DNA of 64,000 nucleotides from positions 32,001-96,000 of the forward strand of contig JAJPHT010000014.1 of assembly GCA_021325135.1 (NCBI GenBank), in the 5' to 3' direction. Below the pieces are notes generated by a model that was not told the DNA's origin, searched no databases, and saw only the letters and a list, made by a program, of their open reading frames with translations. Position 1 is the first letter of the stretch. Each line of letters opens with the position of its first letter. The DNA is from Pseudomonadota bacterium. GTDB lineage: Archaea; Thermoplasmatota; SW-10-69-26; JACQPN01; JAJPHT01. A program made the translations under genes and the position numbers. Below, piece by piece: positions 9,709-18,977 of the stretch.

Positions 9709-10854
9709 GGGCAGCCCCAGGCTCCGCGCGATCACGAGCTGCTGGATCTCGCTCGTGCCCTCGTAGATCGTCGTGATCTTGGCGTCGCGCATGTAGCGCT
9801 CCACGGGGTAGTCCGTGGTGTAGCCGTTGCCGCCGTGGATCTGCACGGCCTCGATGGTGGCCCACTGGGCAAGCTCAGTGGCGAACCACTTGGCCTGCGC
9901 GGCCTCCTTGGTGCAGGGCAGGCCGCGGTCCTTCAGCTCCGCGGCGCGCAGGATCATCATGCGGGCGGCCTCGATGCGCGTCGCCATGTCGGCGAGCTTC
10001 CACTGCACGGCCTGGAAGGAGCCGATGGGGCGGCCGAACTGCTCGCGCTCCTTGGCGTAGCGCACGGAGGCCTCGTAGGCCGCGCGCGCGATGCCCAGCC
10101 CTTGCGCGCCGATGCCGATGCGCGAGGGGTCCAGCGCCTTCATGGCGAGCTTGAAGCCGTCCCCCTCCGCGCCGATGCGCGCGCTCTCGGGAATCCAAGC
10201 GTCCTCCAGGTGGAAGGTGGAGGTGACGCTGCCGCGGATGCCCATCTTGTGCTCCTTCGCGCCGAGGTTGAACCCCTTGGGGAAGGGCGCCGTGAGCAGG
10301 AAGCACGAGAGCCCCTTGTTGCCGGCCTTGGGGTCGGTGCGCGCCATGAGGATGACGTGCCCCGCCTCGTGGCCGTTGGTGACCCAGATCTTGGTCCCGT
10401 TGAGCTTGTAGCCGTCCCCCTCGCGGACGGCGGTGGTCTGGAGCCCTCCGGGGTCGCTGCCCGCGCTGGGCTCCGAGAGGGAGAAGCACCCGATGCGCTC
10501 GCCGCTGGCGAGCTTGGGGAACGCGTCGGCCTTCTGCGCGTCCGAGCCCTTCTCCAGCAGCGGGTAGACCGCGACGCTGGTGTGGACGCCGTAGGTCACG
10601 GCCACGCTGGCGTCCCAGTAGCCAAGCTCCTCCATGATGAGCGCGTGCGTGCGCACGGGGAGGTTCGTGCCGCCGTACTCCTCGGGGATGTTGGGCCCCA
10701 GGAGGCCGAGGTCGGCCATCTTGCGCATCTCCTCGCGGGGGAAGATGCGCTTCTCGTCGCGCTCCTTCGCCTTGGGGCCAAGCTCGCGCTCGCCGAACTC
10801 GCGCACCGTCTTGAGGATGAGGCGCTCGTCCTCGGAGAGGTCGAAGCTGGGCAT
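9700..10854 (-). CDS. Acyl-CoA dehydrogenase
   Basis: [38 protein letters not shown]; ATG at 10854. Confidence 0.95.
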   Translation of the reverse strand: MPSFDLSEDERLILKTVREFGERELGPKAKERDEKRIFPREEMRKMADLGLLGPNIPEEYGGTNLPVRTHALIMEELGYWDASVAVTYGVHTSVAVYPLLEKGSDAQKADAFPKLASGERIGCFSLSEPSAGSDPGGLQTTAVREGDGYKLNGTKIWVTNGHEAGHVILMARTDPKAGNKGLSCFLLTAPFPKGFNLGAKEHKMGIRGSVTSTFHLEDAWIPESARIGAEGDGFKLAMKALDPSRIGIGAQGLGIARAAYEASVRYAKEREQFGRPIGSFQAVQWKLADMATRIEAARMMILRAAELKDRGLPCTKEAAQAKWFATELAQWATIEAVQIHGGNGYTTDYPVERYMRDAKITTIYEGTSEIQQLVIARSLGLPSS

Positions 10855-11318
10855 CACTCGATCTCCACGAGCACGTCCTTGCCCTCGACGTTCTGCCCGG
10901 GCTTGACGTGGACCTTCTTGACGACGCCCGCCGCGGGCGCGGGGATCTCGTTCTGCATCTTCATGGCCTCCAGGATGAGGAGCACCTGCCCCTGCTGGAC
11001 CTCCTGGCCCTCCTGCACGGCGACGTTCACGATCTTGCCGGGCATGGGGGGGCGGACCCTGGCGCCGCGCGCGCCGCCCTTCTCGCCGGCCGCGCCGGCG
11101 CGGAGGTCCGCGATGCGGAAGGCCACGTGCATGCCGTTGATCTCGGCCTTGCTCTCGCCGAGCTTCACCTGGAAGGGCTTGCCGCCCAGCGTGACGACGC
11201 CGCCTTCGCCCAGCTTGGCCTCGAAGGGGGTGCCGCCCACGTCGATCTTCACGACGTCGCCCTCGCGCTGGAGCACGCATTCGTACTCCTCGCCCTCGAT
11301 CTCGATGAGGACGCGCAC
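10854..11318 (-). CDS. Biotin carboxyl carrier protein of an acyl-CoA carboxylase
   Basis: PMPGKI...[10 protein letters not shown] biotinylation motif. Confidence 0.92.
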   Translation of the reverse strand: MRVLIEIEGEEYECVLQREGDVVKIDVGGTPFEAKLGEGGVVTLGGKPFQVKLGESKAEINGMHVAFRIADLRAGAAGEKGGARGARVRPPMPGKIVNVAVQEGQEVQQGQVLLILEAMKMQNEIPAPAAGVVKKVHVKPGQNVEGKDVLVEIE

Positions 11319-11320
11319 GC

Positions 11321-12850
11321 TCAGACCCTCCTGTGGGGCATGGCCCAGGCGGGGGTCTGCGCCTCGGGGCCCGCAAGCGGCTTGGGCGCGGTCTGGCGGT
11401 GGTGGACGCCGCGGATGCCGCCGCCGGGGGCGCGCGTCAGCGCGGCCACGAGGGCGGCGGCGCGCTCGGCGCGGGCGCGGGCCGCGGCGCGCGCCTCCTC
11501 GTCCAGGGCCTCCATGAGCTTCTCGCGTCCGATGAAGCCCGTGTTGAGGTCGCCGGCCTGGAACGCCTTGTTGCGCAGCACCATGCGGTGGAAGGGGACG
11601 TTGGTCTTGAGGTCGCCCTCGATGACGAGCTCGTCGAGCGCGCGCTGCATGCGCTCGATGTCGTCGTGCCGCGTCTCGGCGGTGGTGATGAGCTTCATCA
11701 CCATGCTATCATACGTGGAGGGGATAGTGAAGCCCTCCTCGATGCCGTCGTCCACGCGCACGCCGGGGCCCGCGGGGCGGCGCAGCCGCTTCACCAGGCC
11801 GGGCGCGGGCGCGAACTGGTTGTACGCGTCCTCCGCGTTGATGCGAAGCTCCAGCGCGTGGCCGCGCAGCTTCACGTCGGACTGCTTGATGGTGAGCTTC
11901 TCGCCCGAGGCGACGCGCAGCTGCCACTTCACGAGGTCGACGCCCGTGACCAGCTCCGTCACCGGGTGCTCCACCTGGAGGCGCGTGTTCATCTCCATGA
12001 AGTAGAACTGGCCGTCCTTGTAGAGGAACTCCATGGTGCCGGCCGCGGAGTAGCCGACGCTCTTGGCCAGCGCGACGCAGCGCTCGCCGATCTCGTGGCG
12101 CTGCTCGGGCGTGATGGCGGGGGAGGGGCTCTCCTCCAGGAGCTTCTGGTTGCGGCGCTGGATGCTGCATTCGCGCTCGCCCAGGTAGACGACGTGCCCG
12201 TGCTCGTCGCCCAGAATCTGGAACTCGATGTGGCGCGGGTCGGTCACGAACTTCTCGATGAAGACCTCGTCCGAGCCGAAGGCGCTGGCGGCCTGCGCGC
12301 TGGCGTCGCGCACGGCCTTCTCCAGCTCCTCCATGGTGTGGACGACGCGCATGCCCATGCCGCCGCCGCCGTGGACGGCCTTCACGATGACGGGCAGGCC
12401 GATCTTCTCGACGACCTTGCGCGCGTCGCCGGGGTGGACCGCGCCGTCGGACGCGGGGGCCACGGGCACGCCTGCCTTGATGGCGTTGCGCTTCGCGCTG
12501 ACCTTGTCGCCCATGGCGTCCATGGCCTTCGAGTTGGGGCCGATGAACTTGACGCCGGCCTTCTCGCACATGCGCACGAAGTCGCTCTTCTCCGAGAGGA
12601 AGCCGTAGCCGGGGTGGATGCCGTCGGCTCCGGTGTCCTTGGCCGCCTTGAGGATCTTCTCCTTGACGAGGTAGCTCTGGAGCGAGGGCGCGGGGCCCAG
12701 GAGCACGGCCTCGTCGGCCATCTTCACGTGGGGCGCGCGGGCGTCGGCCTCGGAGTAGACGGCGACCGTGCCGATGCCCATCTCCTTGCAGGCCCGGAAG
12801 ACGCGCACCGCGATCTCGCCGCGGTTCGCCACGAGGACCTTCTCGAACAT
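11321..12850 (-). CDS. Biotin carboxylase subunit (acetyl/propionyl/methylcrotonyl-CoA carboxylase alpha)
   Basis: [56 protein letters not shown]. Confidence 0.95.
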   Translation of the reverse strand: MFEKVLVANRGEIAVRVFRACKEMGIGTVAVYSEADARAPHVKMADEAVLLGPAPSLQSYLVKEKILKAAKDTGADGIHPGYGFLSEKSDFVRMCEKAGVKFIGPNSKAMDAMGDKVSAKRNAIKAGVPVAPASDGAVHPGDARKVVEKIGLPVIVKAVHGGGGMGMRVVHTMEELEKAVRDASAQAASAFGSDEVFIEKFVTDPRHIEFQILGDEHGHVVYLGERECSIQRRNQKLLEESPSPAITPEQRHEIGERCVALAKSVGYSAAGTMEFLYKDGQFYFMEMNTRLQVEHPVTELVTGVDLVKWQLRVASGEKLTIKQSDVKLRGHALELRINAEDAYNQFAPAPGLVKRLRRPAGPGVRVDDGIEEGFTIPSTYDSMVMKLITTAETRHDDIERMQRALDELVIEGDLKTNVPFHRMVLRNKAFQAGDLNTGFIGREKLMEALDEEARAAARARAERAAALVAALTRAPGGGIRGVHHRQTAPKPLAGPEAQTPAWAMPHRRV

Positions 12851-13015
12851 GACGTCGCGCGGAACCTTGGGGTGGGGGATAAACGTTGGGGGCTCCCGCG
12901 GAGGGGCGGACGTGAGCCCAGGAGCGAGACGCAAGGCGAGTGGGCCCCGACGAACGGAGCCCCCGGCGATCCCCGAAACCCTCATCAACGGGGTCCCCTT
13001 CTGCGCCGCATCCCC

Positions 13016-13384
13016 ATGGCCAAGTCCAAGCGCGAAGAGGCCGCAGAAGCCAAGGACGACGGCTACGAGTTCAAGCTCCCCGACTTCGACGAGAAAGCTT
13101 TCGTGCGTCGCGAGGTGCTGGGCGCCCGGGCGTCGTTCATCGCGCTGGGCATCGGCGCCGGGGGCGGGGCGCTGGCCGCGCTCCTCTGGTTCGTCCTGCC
13201 CCAATCCCTCTGGTACGTCGGCTGGCTGCCCATCCTCGCGGCGTCGCTGGGCCTGCGCAAGGTGCTCCAGGCCATGGGCTACCCGGAGGACCTGACCTCG
13301 CTGCGCGCCGCCTTCGGCTCCATGACCATGGTCTTCTTCACGGGCCTCGCGGTCTGGATCCTGGGCGTCAACCTCCCCCTCTGA
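13016..13384 (+). CDS. Small membrane protein (3 TM)
   Basis: Charged N-terminus YEFKLPDFDEKAF followed by three hydrophobic helices. Confidence 0.7.
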   Translation: MAKSKREEAAEAKDDGYEFKLPDFDEKAFVRREVLGARASFIALGIGAGGGALAALLWFVLPQSLWYVGWLPILAASLGLRKVLQAMGYPEDLTSLRAAFGSMTMVFFTGLAVWILGVNLPL

Positions 13385-13385
13385 G

Positions 13386-13886
13386 GTGCGCATGGACGAG
13401 ACGCGGCGCCGGACGCTCTCCCTGGCCATCCTGGCCGCGGCCGCGCTCCTCCTCGTCGCGGGCGTCGCGGTCTACCTCGTGCGCGGCGCGGAGGCCCGCT
13501 CGGCCTACCTGGCCCTCGTCGTGGTGCTGCTCCTCCTGGGCCTCGCGCAGGCGTACCTCCTCTTCGCGAAGCGCGTCGCGCAGGCCATGGCGCCCAAGGA
13601 GGAGTACCTCCTGGCCGACGAGTCGCCGGTCCTGGAGGAGGACGTCTACGACGTGAAGTGCGGAAGCTGCGGCACCGAGTTCCGCGTCCCCGACACGCTC
13701 CAGCGCCCCCTCCTCGCCCACTGCCCGGTCTGCGGCGCCGAGGGGATCGTCCCCCTGCGGAGGCCCGCCAAGGAGGTCCGCCTCCGCTGCCCCCGCTGCC
13801 AGAGGGTGAACGCGGTCGCGGACGACGGCTCCCGGCCCCTCCGGGCGCGGTGCGCTGGCTGCTCTGCCATGCTGGCCGTGCGCTGA
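13386..13886 (+). CDS. Membrane-anchored double zinc-ribbon protein
   Basis: 2 TM then CGSC, CPVC, CPRC, CAGC. Confidence 0.75.
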   Translation: MRMDETRRRTLSLAILAAAALLLVAGVAVYLVRGAEARSAYLALVVVLLLLGLAQAYLLFAKRVAQAMAPKEEYLLADESPVLEEDVYDVKCGSCGTEFRVPDTLQRPLLAHCPVCGAEGIVPLRRPAKEVRLRCPRCQRVNAVADDGSRPLRARCAGCSAMLAVR

Positions 13887-14003
13887 AGCCACCCATCAAC
13901 GCCAGGATCAACGGGTGATCCACAAATTCGCGCTGTTGTCCTGCGGGGCTGTGGCAAATCCTTATCCTCGCACGTTCGTTGGAGCGTTCTAGAGCGGAAC
14001 TCT

Positions 14004-14291
14004 ATGCTGGGAGGGAAGCGGAGCGACGTGGCCATCACGCTGGACATCCTGCGCCTCGTCCGGAAGGGCGAGAAGAAGACGCGGATCATGTACGGCGCGA
14101 ACCTCTCCTACGAGATGCTGACCCGCTACCTGGACTTCCTCACGGAGCGCGCCTTCATCCAGGCCGACGCGGCCACCGGCGCCTTCCGCGTCACCGACCG
14201 CGGGGCCTCCCTCATGGCCGACCTGGAGCGCGTCCACCGCCACTTCGAGCCCGCCGAGCGCGGGGACGCCGTCCTCAACGTCCGCATGTAG
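14004..14291 (+). CDS. Archaeal winged-helix regulator (HTH_45-like)
   Basis: KRS...I..DIL...KTRIMYGANLSY...YLDFL...F.VT.RG. Confidence 0.85.
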   Translation: MLGGKRSDVAITLDILRLVRKGEKKTRIMYGANLSYEMLTRYLDFLTERAFIQADAATGAFRVTDRGASLMADLERVHRHFEPAERGDAVLNVRM

Positions 14292-14326
14292 GCCTGGCGA
14301 ACGCGCGTACAACGCCTGAGATAAGC

Positions 14327-15253
14327 ATGCCCACCCAGACCGGCGACGGGAATCGCGTGGGCGCCTCGACCCAGTTCCACGTCGTCGACAGCAAGGACCA
14401 CAGGCCGCTCTCCCCCATGGCCGTCCTGGGCCGCGGCACCGCCCCCACGCTGGAGGGGCGCCTGGCGCGCACGCCCTTCGCCCGCACCTGGCCCACCATG
14501 GCGGCCCTCTTCGCGGTCATCCTCGTGGGCGAGGTCTCGCAGGTCATCCCCTTCCTGGGCGCGCGCTGGGCCGTCGTGTTCCACGGCCTCGCCCTCGTCC
14601 TCCTGGGCACGCACGCCCCCCTGGTGCGGCGCCTCAACGCGCCCCTCGCGCGCCTCGAGGTGGCCATGCTCCCGGTGCCCCTCATCCGCATCGTCTCCCT
14701 CACGAGCCCGCTGGCCACCTTCTCGTACATCCAGTGGTTCTCCATCCTCGCGGTGATCCTGTACGCAGGCATCGTCGCCTCCATCCGCCTGCTGAAGCCC
14801 CAGATGGCCAGCATCGGCCTCCGGCTCCCCGAGAAGAAGCACATCCCCATCGAGGTGGGCATCGCCCTCTTCGGCTTCGTCCTGGGCTACACCGAGTGGC
14901 ACATCCTCAAGCCCGGCTCCCTGGTGCCCAGCCTCAGCCTGCGCAGCCTCGCCGCGCCCATCGTCATCCTCTTCGTCTCCACCGGGCTCCTGGAGGAGCT
15001 TCTCTTCCGCGGCCTCCTCCAGCGCTACGCCGGCCAGGCCGTGGGCGCCCTCCCGGGCATCCTCTTCGTGAGCCTCCTCTTCGCCGTCCTCCACACGGGC
15101 TGGGAGAGCTGGCTGGACGTCCTCTTCGTGGGCTCCGTCGGCCTGGGGTACAGCCTCATCGTCCGCAAGACGGGAAGCCTCCTGGGTGTCTCCATCAGCC
15201 ACGGCATCACCAACGCCATGCTGTTCCTCATCATGCCGACCCTGCGGTTCTGA
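14327..15253 (+). CDS. CPBP (Abi/type II CAAX) intramembrane glutamic endopeptidase
   Basis: EELLFRG, FAVLH, HGITN motifs; multi-TM. Confidence 0.9.
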   Translation: MPTQTGDGNRVGASTQFHVVDSKDHRPLSPMAVLGRGTAPTLEGRLARTPFARTWPTMAALFAVILVGEVSQVIPFLGARWAVVFHGLALVLLGTHAPLVRRLNAPLARLEVAMLPVPLIRIVSLTSPLATFSYIQWFSILAVILYAGIVASIRLLKPQMASIGLRLPEKKHIPIEVGIALFGFVLGYTEWHILKPGSLVPSLSLRSLAAPIVILFVSTGLLEELLFRGLLQRYAGQAVGALPGILFVSLLFAVLHTGWESWLDVLFVGSVGLGYSLIVRKTGSLLGVSISHGITNAMLFLIMPTLRF

Positions 15254-15314
15254 AGCAGTCCTCCAGAATCCTTATGATGGCTGAGTGGGTCGTCGCGCCA
15301 GTAGAGGCTGGAGC

Positions 15315-16640
15315 ATGGCCCCTGTCACCCCCAAGAAGATGACCCTCGCTGCGACGGGCACGGCCCTCCTGGCGTTCCTGCTGATCGTCCCGACCGTCCT
15401 CGTCGCCTCGGGCGCGCTCGGCCAGAACAACCCCCTCTGCGCGGCGACGGGCTACTGCGCCACGGTCCCCTCCTCCACCGGGAGCACGGGCGCCATCACC
15501 GCCGGTGGCGGCGTCGGCAACCTCGCCGCCGGCCAGTCGGCCACCATCGTCATCGGCCAGCCCACCTCCGCGCCCCTGGAAACCGCGTCGGTCATCCCCG
15601 ACTCGGTCATCAACAACCTCATCTCCAGCCCGGCCACGCTCACCGCGACGCTCAACGACCCCGCCCAGCTCCAGCAGCTCGCGACCGCGCCCGCCGCGCT
15701 CCAGACCCTCCTGGCCAACGCGGACGCCCGCCAGGCCATCCTCTCCAATGCCGACGCCCTCAACGCCATCCTCGGCTCCGGCCTGGGCGCCAGCGCGGCC
15801 CTCCAGAACGACGCGGTCCGCAGCGCCGTCGTGAGCCAGCTGGGCTCCAACGCGCAGCTCACCGCCACCGTCGCCTCCAACCCCGCGGCCCTCACCTCCC
15901 TGCTCCAGGACAGCGGCGCCGCCAGCACCCTCATCAACCAGGTGACGACCAACTCCGCCGTCCTCGACGCGCTCTCCCACAACACCGCGGCCGTGGGCGC
16001 CCTGCTCCAGAACGACGCCGCGCGCCAGGCCATCACCTCCAACGCGCAGGTCCTCAACACGATCCTCCAGAACGTCCTCAACGACCAGCACGTCAGCGCG
16101 GTGGACATCACCGCGGGCCAGGCCGGCTCCAACGTGCAGGTCAACGTCAAGGAGTACCTGCCCAACGACCCCACCCAGAGCGCGGTCAACTCCCCCGAGG
16201 GCAGCAGCCTCGCCCACATCACGCTCCAGGTCGCGACCCCCGACGCGGGCGGCGCCACCAGCTTCGCCGCCATGAAGGTGCTGGACATCAGCACGAGCCT
16301 CGGCGCGGGCGGCGTCTCCGCGGCCACGGTGACCTTCAAGGTGACCCAGGCCGAGCTCCTCGCCATGGGCAAGAGCACGGCCGACATCCGCCTGCTCCAC
16401 CAGGTCAACGGCCAGTGGGTCCCCCTGCCCACGACGCTGGTCAGCGGCCCCGACGCCTCGGGCACGTACACCTTCAGCGCCCAGACGCCCAGCTTCTCCT
16501 ACTTCGCCATCGCGGCCGCCCAGCCCGTGCAGAGCACGAGCGCGGGCTTCGCCGGCCTCGGCGTCGCGCTGCTGATCCTCGGCGTCCTCGCCGTGATCGC
16601 CATCGTGGCCGTGCTCGTGATGAAGAAGAAGCAGGCGTAA
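15315..16640 (+). CDS. Surface protein with helical repeats, PGF-pre-PGF domain and C-terminal anchor
   Basis: Signal peptide; LLQNDAARQAITSN-like repeats; ATVTFKV...IRLLH...WVPLPTT...YTFSAQTPSFSYFAI; AGF + TM + KKK. Confidence 0.8.
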   Translation: MAPVTPKKMTLAATGTALLAFLLIVPTVLVASGALGQNNPLCAATGYCATVPSSTGSTGAITAGGGVGNLAAGQSATIVIGQPTSAPLETASVIPDSVINNLISSPATLTATLNDPAQLQQLATAPAALQTLLANADARQAILSNADALNAILGSGLGASAALQNDAVRSAVVSQLGSNAQLTATVASNPAALTSLLQDSGAASTLINQVTTNSAVLDALSHNTAAVGALLQNDAARQAITSNAQVLNTILQNVLNDQHVSAVDITAGQAGSNVQVNVKEYLPNDPTQSAVNSPEGSSLAHITLQVATPDAGGATSFAAMKVLDISTSLGAGGVSAATVTFKVTQAELLAMGKSTADIRLLHQVNGQWVPLPTTLVSGPDASGTYTFSAQTPSFSYFAIAAAQPVQSTSAGFAGLGVALLILGVLAVIAIVAVLVMKKKQA

Positions 16641-16693
16641 GCCGAACGCTTCCCGGGCGCGGTCGCCGCGCCCGCTCTTCTCCTTCTCCCAGG

Positions 16694-16729
16694 CTCCTTT
16701 TCTGCAACCCCTTTTGGATCCCCAGCGGG
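16694..16729. repeat. Left arm of a 36-bp imperfect inverted repeat flanking the EarA-like gene
   Basis: 30/36 match to the reverse complement of 17375..17410. Confidence 0.75.
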
Positions 16730-16764
16730 AGCCATGTCGCGTGGGGCTGGAGAGGCAGCGGGGA

Positions 16765-16840
16765 GGCGGCCCGGGTCACGTGACCGGTCACGTGACGCAA
16801 CGCCGCGAGTCACGTGACCGGTCACGTGACCCGGGCCGCC
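16765..16840. repeat. Perfect 32-bp inverted repeat containing four GTCACGTGAC palindromes (putative operator array)
   Basis: Arms 16765-16796 and 16809-16840, 12-nt spacer; GTCACGTGAC at 16775, 16787, 16809, 16821. Confidence 0.9.
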
Positions 16841-16892
16841 CGTTGGGTGATTCCCGGAGAAGAGCCAAGTCTTCCTCAACCCTCCATGGCGC

Positions 16893-17273
16893 GTGGACCC
16901 GATCCCCGCCGAAGTCGAGCTTGCCTTCCTTCGCTCCGGCCACCGGAAGCGCAGCGTGATGATGCTCAGTTCGCTGGGCGAGGCGTCCCCCGGCCAGCTG
17001 GCCCGCTCGCTCGGCCTGCCTTGCACTCGCCAGAGGTGGATCATGGAGGGCGACGGGCGCTACTACAGCAAGGACCTCGCTCCGGTCCAGCTTGGCCTCG
17101 CGACGCTCATCGAGGCTCCGCGGCGGCGGAAGTACGTCATCACGCCCTTGGGGCGCAAGATGGCGCGCCGGTTCACGGCGCGAGAGGCGCGGAGGGCCCG
17201 CCGGGCGGCCGCGATCAAGCGATCCGATGAGGCGCACCGGAACGGCGAGCCGACGCCCGTGGAAGAGGGGTGA
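16893..17273 (+). CDS. EarA/DUF1495-like winged-helix regulator
   Basis: RS.HRK..., LAR...GDGRYYSKDLAPVQLGLA...KYVITPLG resembles the EarA family pattern G.G.RY....L..LGL...Y..T..G. Confidence 0.6.
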   Translation: MDPIPAEVELAFLRSGHRKRSVMMLSSLGEASPGQLARSLGLPCTRQRWIMEGDGRYYSKDLAPVQLGLATLIEAPRRRKYVITPLGRKMARRFTAREARRARRAAAIKRSDEAHRNGEPTPVEEG

Positions 17274-17374
17274 GCGGGCTTGCGCCAGGGTCGCGCGACC
17301 CCGTCCTGTTTCCTGCGCACCTTGGCCCCGACCAAGAAGCTGGGATCGCGACGGCGGCTCCCTGGCGCAGCGCC

Positions 17375-17410
17375 CCCGCTGGGGCTCCAGAAAAGGCTGC
17401 AGAAAAGGGG
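17375..17410. repeat. Right arm of the inverted repeat flanking the EarA-like gene
   Basis: Reverse complement of 16694..16729 (30/36). Confidence 0.75.
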
Positions 17411-17431
17411 TTCTTGTTCTTGGCGCCGGTC

Positions 17432-17722
17432 TCAGAGGACCGAGGCGACCTTCGTGATGACGATCATCGCGAAGATGAACATGAGGGGGATGATGGCGAC
17501 GTTGAGGTTGGCCGCGTAGAAGCGGGCCGCCTTGGCCTTCCAGGTGTGCTGGACGCGGTCCTCGGCGGCGTAGGCCAGGAGGAGCTCCTTGGCGACGAGG
17601 AGGCCGATGAGGAGGAGCGTCGCGAAGACGCCCAGGGCAACGGCCTGCTGCACGGTGATGGCGGCGACGACCGCCGTGGTCGTGGTCGCCGTCGTGGCCG
17701 CAGCGGTGGTCGTGGTCATCAT
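17432..17722 (-). CDS. Small 2-TM protein with Thr-rich N-terminus
   Basis: MMTTTTAAATT...LLVAKELL...LNVAIIPL..F..IV..KV. Confidence 0.75.
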   Translation of the reverse strand: MMTTTTAAATTATTTTAVVAAITVQQAVALGVFATLLLIGLLVAKELLLAYAAEDRVQHTWKAKAARFYAANLNVAIIPLMFIFAMIVITKVASVL

Positions 17723-17789
17723 GGGGTTCGGGCCTCGGGGGTGGGTATCCTATACGTGCGATAAGCTTTGTGGAGGACAGGACCAGCGC

Positions 17790-18476
17790 TCACGTCCAGC
17801 CCTTCTTGGAGCGGACCACGACGACGCCACCCACCACGAGGGCGCCGAGGCCCAGGAGGGCGAGGGCGGGGAGCTCGGGGAGGGGGACGGTCGCGCTGCT
17901 GGCCGAGGTCGCGCCCAGCGTGCCGGCGGAGGTGAACAGGCCGTTGCTGTTGCTGGAGATGACCTGGATGGCGGGGTAGGAGCCGCGGGGGAAGGCGCCG
18001 TTGACGCCGCTGATGGTGGCGGTGGCGCGCCCGATGTCCAGGCTCGTGCCCGTCCGGGGGAGGGTCTGGCCGCCCACGAGGTTGCGCGACGCGGCGGCGA
18101 CGGTGGTGGGCTGGGACGCCTTGAGGGCGCGGAAGTGCCAGACGTGGGTGACGGGGTCCTGCTCGTAGTCGCCGAAGACGACCTTCACGCTGCCCACGTG
18201 GTTGGCGAAGTAGAGGTCGAAGGCGAAGGCGCCGTTGGTGAAGGCGACGCCGGTGGCGAGGGGGGTGGGGTAGACCCAGGTCACCGCGCCGTTGGCGGGG
18301 AGGTTGACCGCGCCGGAGCCGGCGGTCGCGGCGTTGGCCAGGGCGAGGGTGCCGCCGATGGGGGCCGCCGCGTTGACGGTGGGGGTGAAGGCGTAGCTCT
18401 TCTGGGAGGCCGCGGCGGCGGACGGGGCGAAGCCCGCCAGGAGGGCGAGCGTGATGGCGAGGACGAGGGTGCGCAT
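17790..18476 (-). CDS. Secreted protein with PEP/PEF-CTERM-like sorting signal (probable exosortase substrate)
   Basis: Signal peptide; C-terminus VPLPELPALALLGLGALVVGGVVVVRSKK; lies 500 bp from the exosortase. Confidence 0.75.
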   Translation of the reverse strand: MRTLVLAITLALLAGFAPSAAAASQKSYAFTPTVNAAAPIGGTLALANAATAGSGAVNLPANGAVTWVYPTPLATGVAFTNGAFAFDLYFANHVGSVKVVFGDYEQDPVTHVWHFRALKASQPTTVAAASRNLVGGQTLPRTGTSLDIGRATATISGVNGAFPRGSYPAIQVISSNSNGLFTSAGTLGATSASSATVPLPELPALALLGLGALVVGGVVVVRSKKGWT

Positions 18477-18644
18477 GGGACTCCCTGGACGTGAGTCACC
18501 CCGCGGACCGCTATAACAAACCCAGGAAGGCGGCATCTAGAGGTGTCCTCCATGTGGACCGATTCCAGATAGTCGATCACCAAAAGGACCATAGGGGGCG
18601 ATACGGTCGATGGGGCCTTTGGCTGTGCCATCGAGGCTGTCCCG

Positions 18645-18962
18645 ATGAGGTTCGCTCCGCTTTTCGTGCTCGCCGCCCTGCTGCTTCCCTTCGCGGTCGC
18701 CGCCCCGGTGCGCGACGACTCGTCCTACACCTTCCACGGCTTCCCCTCCCGGAACCAGCCGGCGGACACCTACTACGTGTCCCTCTGCCGCGACTACCTC
18801 CACCAGGGCCCGGCCGTCGAGTTCTTCGACGACTGCTTCACGTCGGGCATCTACAAGGAGACCAACGGGCGCGCCGGCCTCCAGGTCCGCGCGGGCGTCG
18901 ACGACCTGGGCATCGCCTACGCGGCCGACACGCTGCTCGCGCCGGTGCTGCCCCAGCTGTAG
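18645..18962 (+). CDS. Small secreted protein
   Basis: Signal peptide MRFAPLFVLAALLLPFAVA; 2 Cys. Confidence 0.6.
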   Translation: MRFAPLFVLAALLLPFAVAAPVRDDSSYTFHGFPSRNQPADTYYVSLCRDYLHQGPAVEFFDDCFTSGIYKETNGRAGLQVRAGVDDLGIAYAADTLLAPVLPQL

Positions 18963-18977
18963 ACCGGTGAGCGCATC

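Noticed and set aside
11321-13429. Long N-terminal extensions in the ORF track (e.g. 702-aa biotin carboxylase; 558-aa acyl-CoA dehydrogenase; 786-aa eIF2B-like)
   Set aside because: Extensions overlap neighbouring genes; conserved N-termini and TATA-like boxes indicate downstream starts, so they are not fusions
16775-16830. Eukaryotic E-box/CLEAR (CACGTG) interpretation
   Set aside because: Sequence identity only; archaeal context with no bHLH gene; kept only as an unexplained palindrome array
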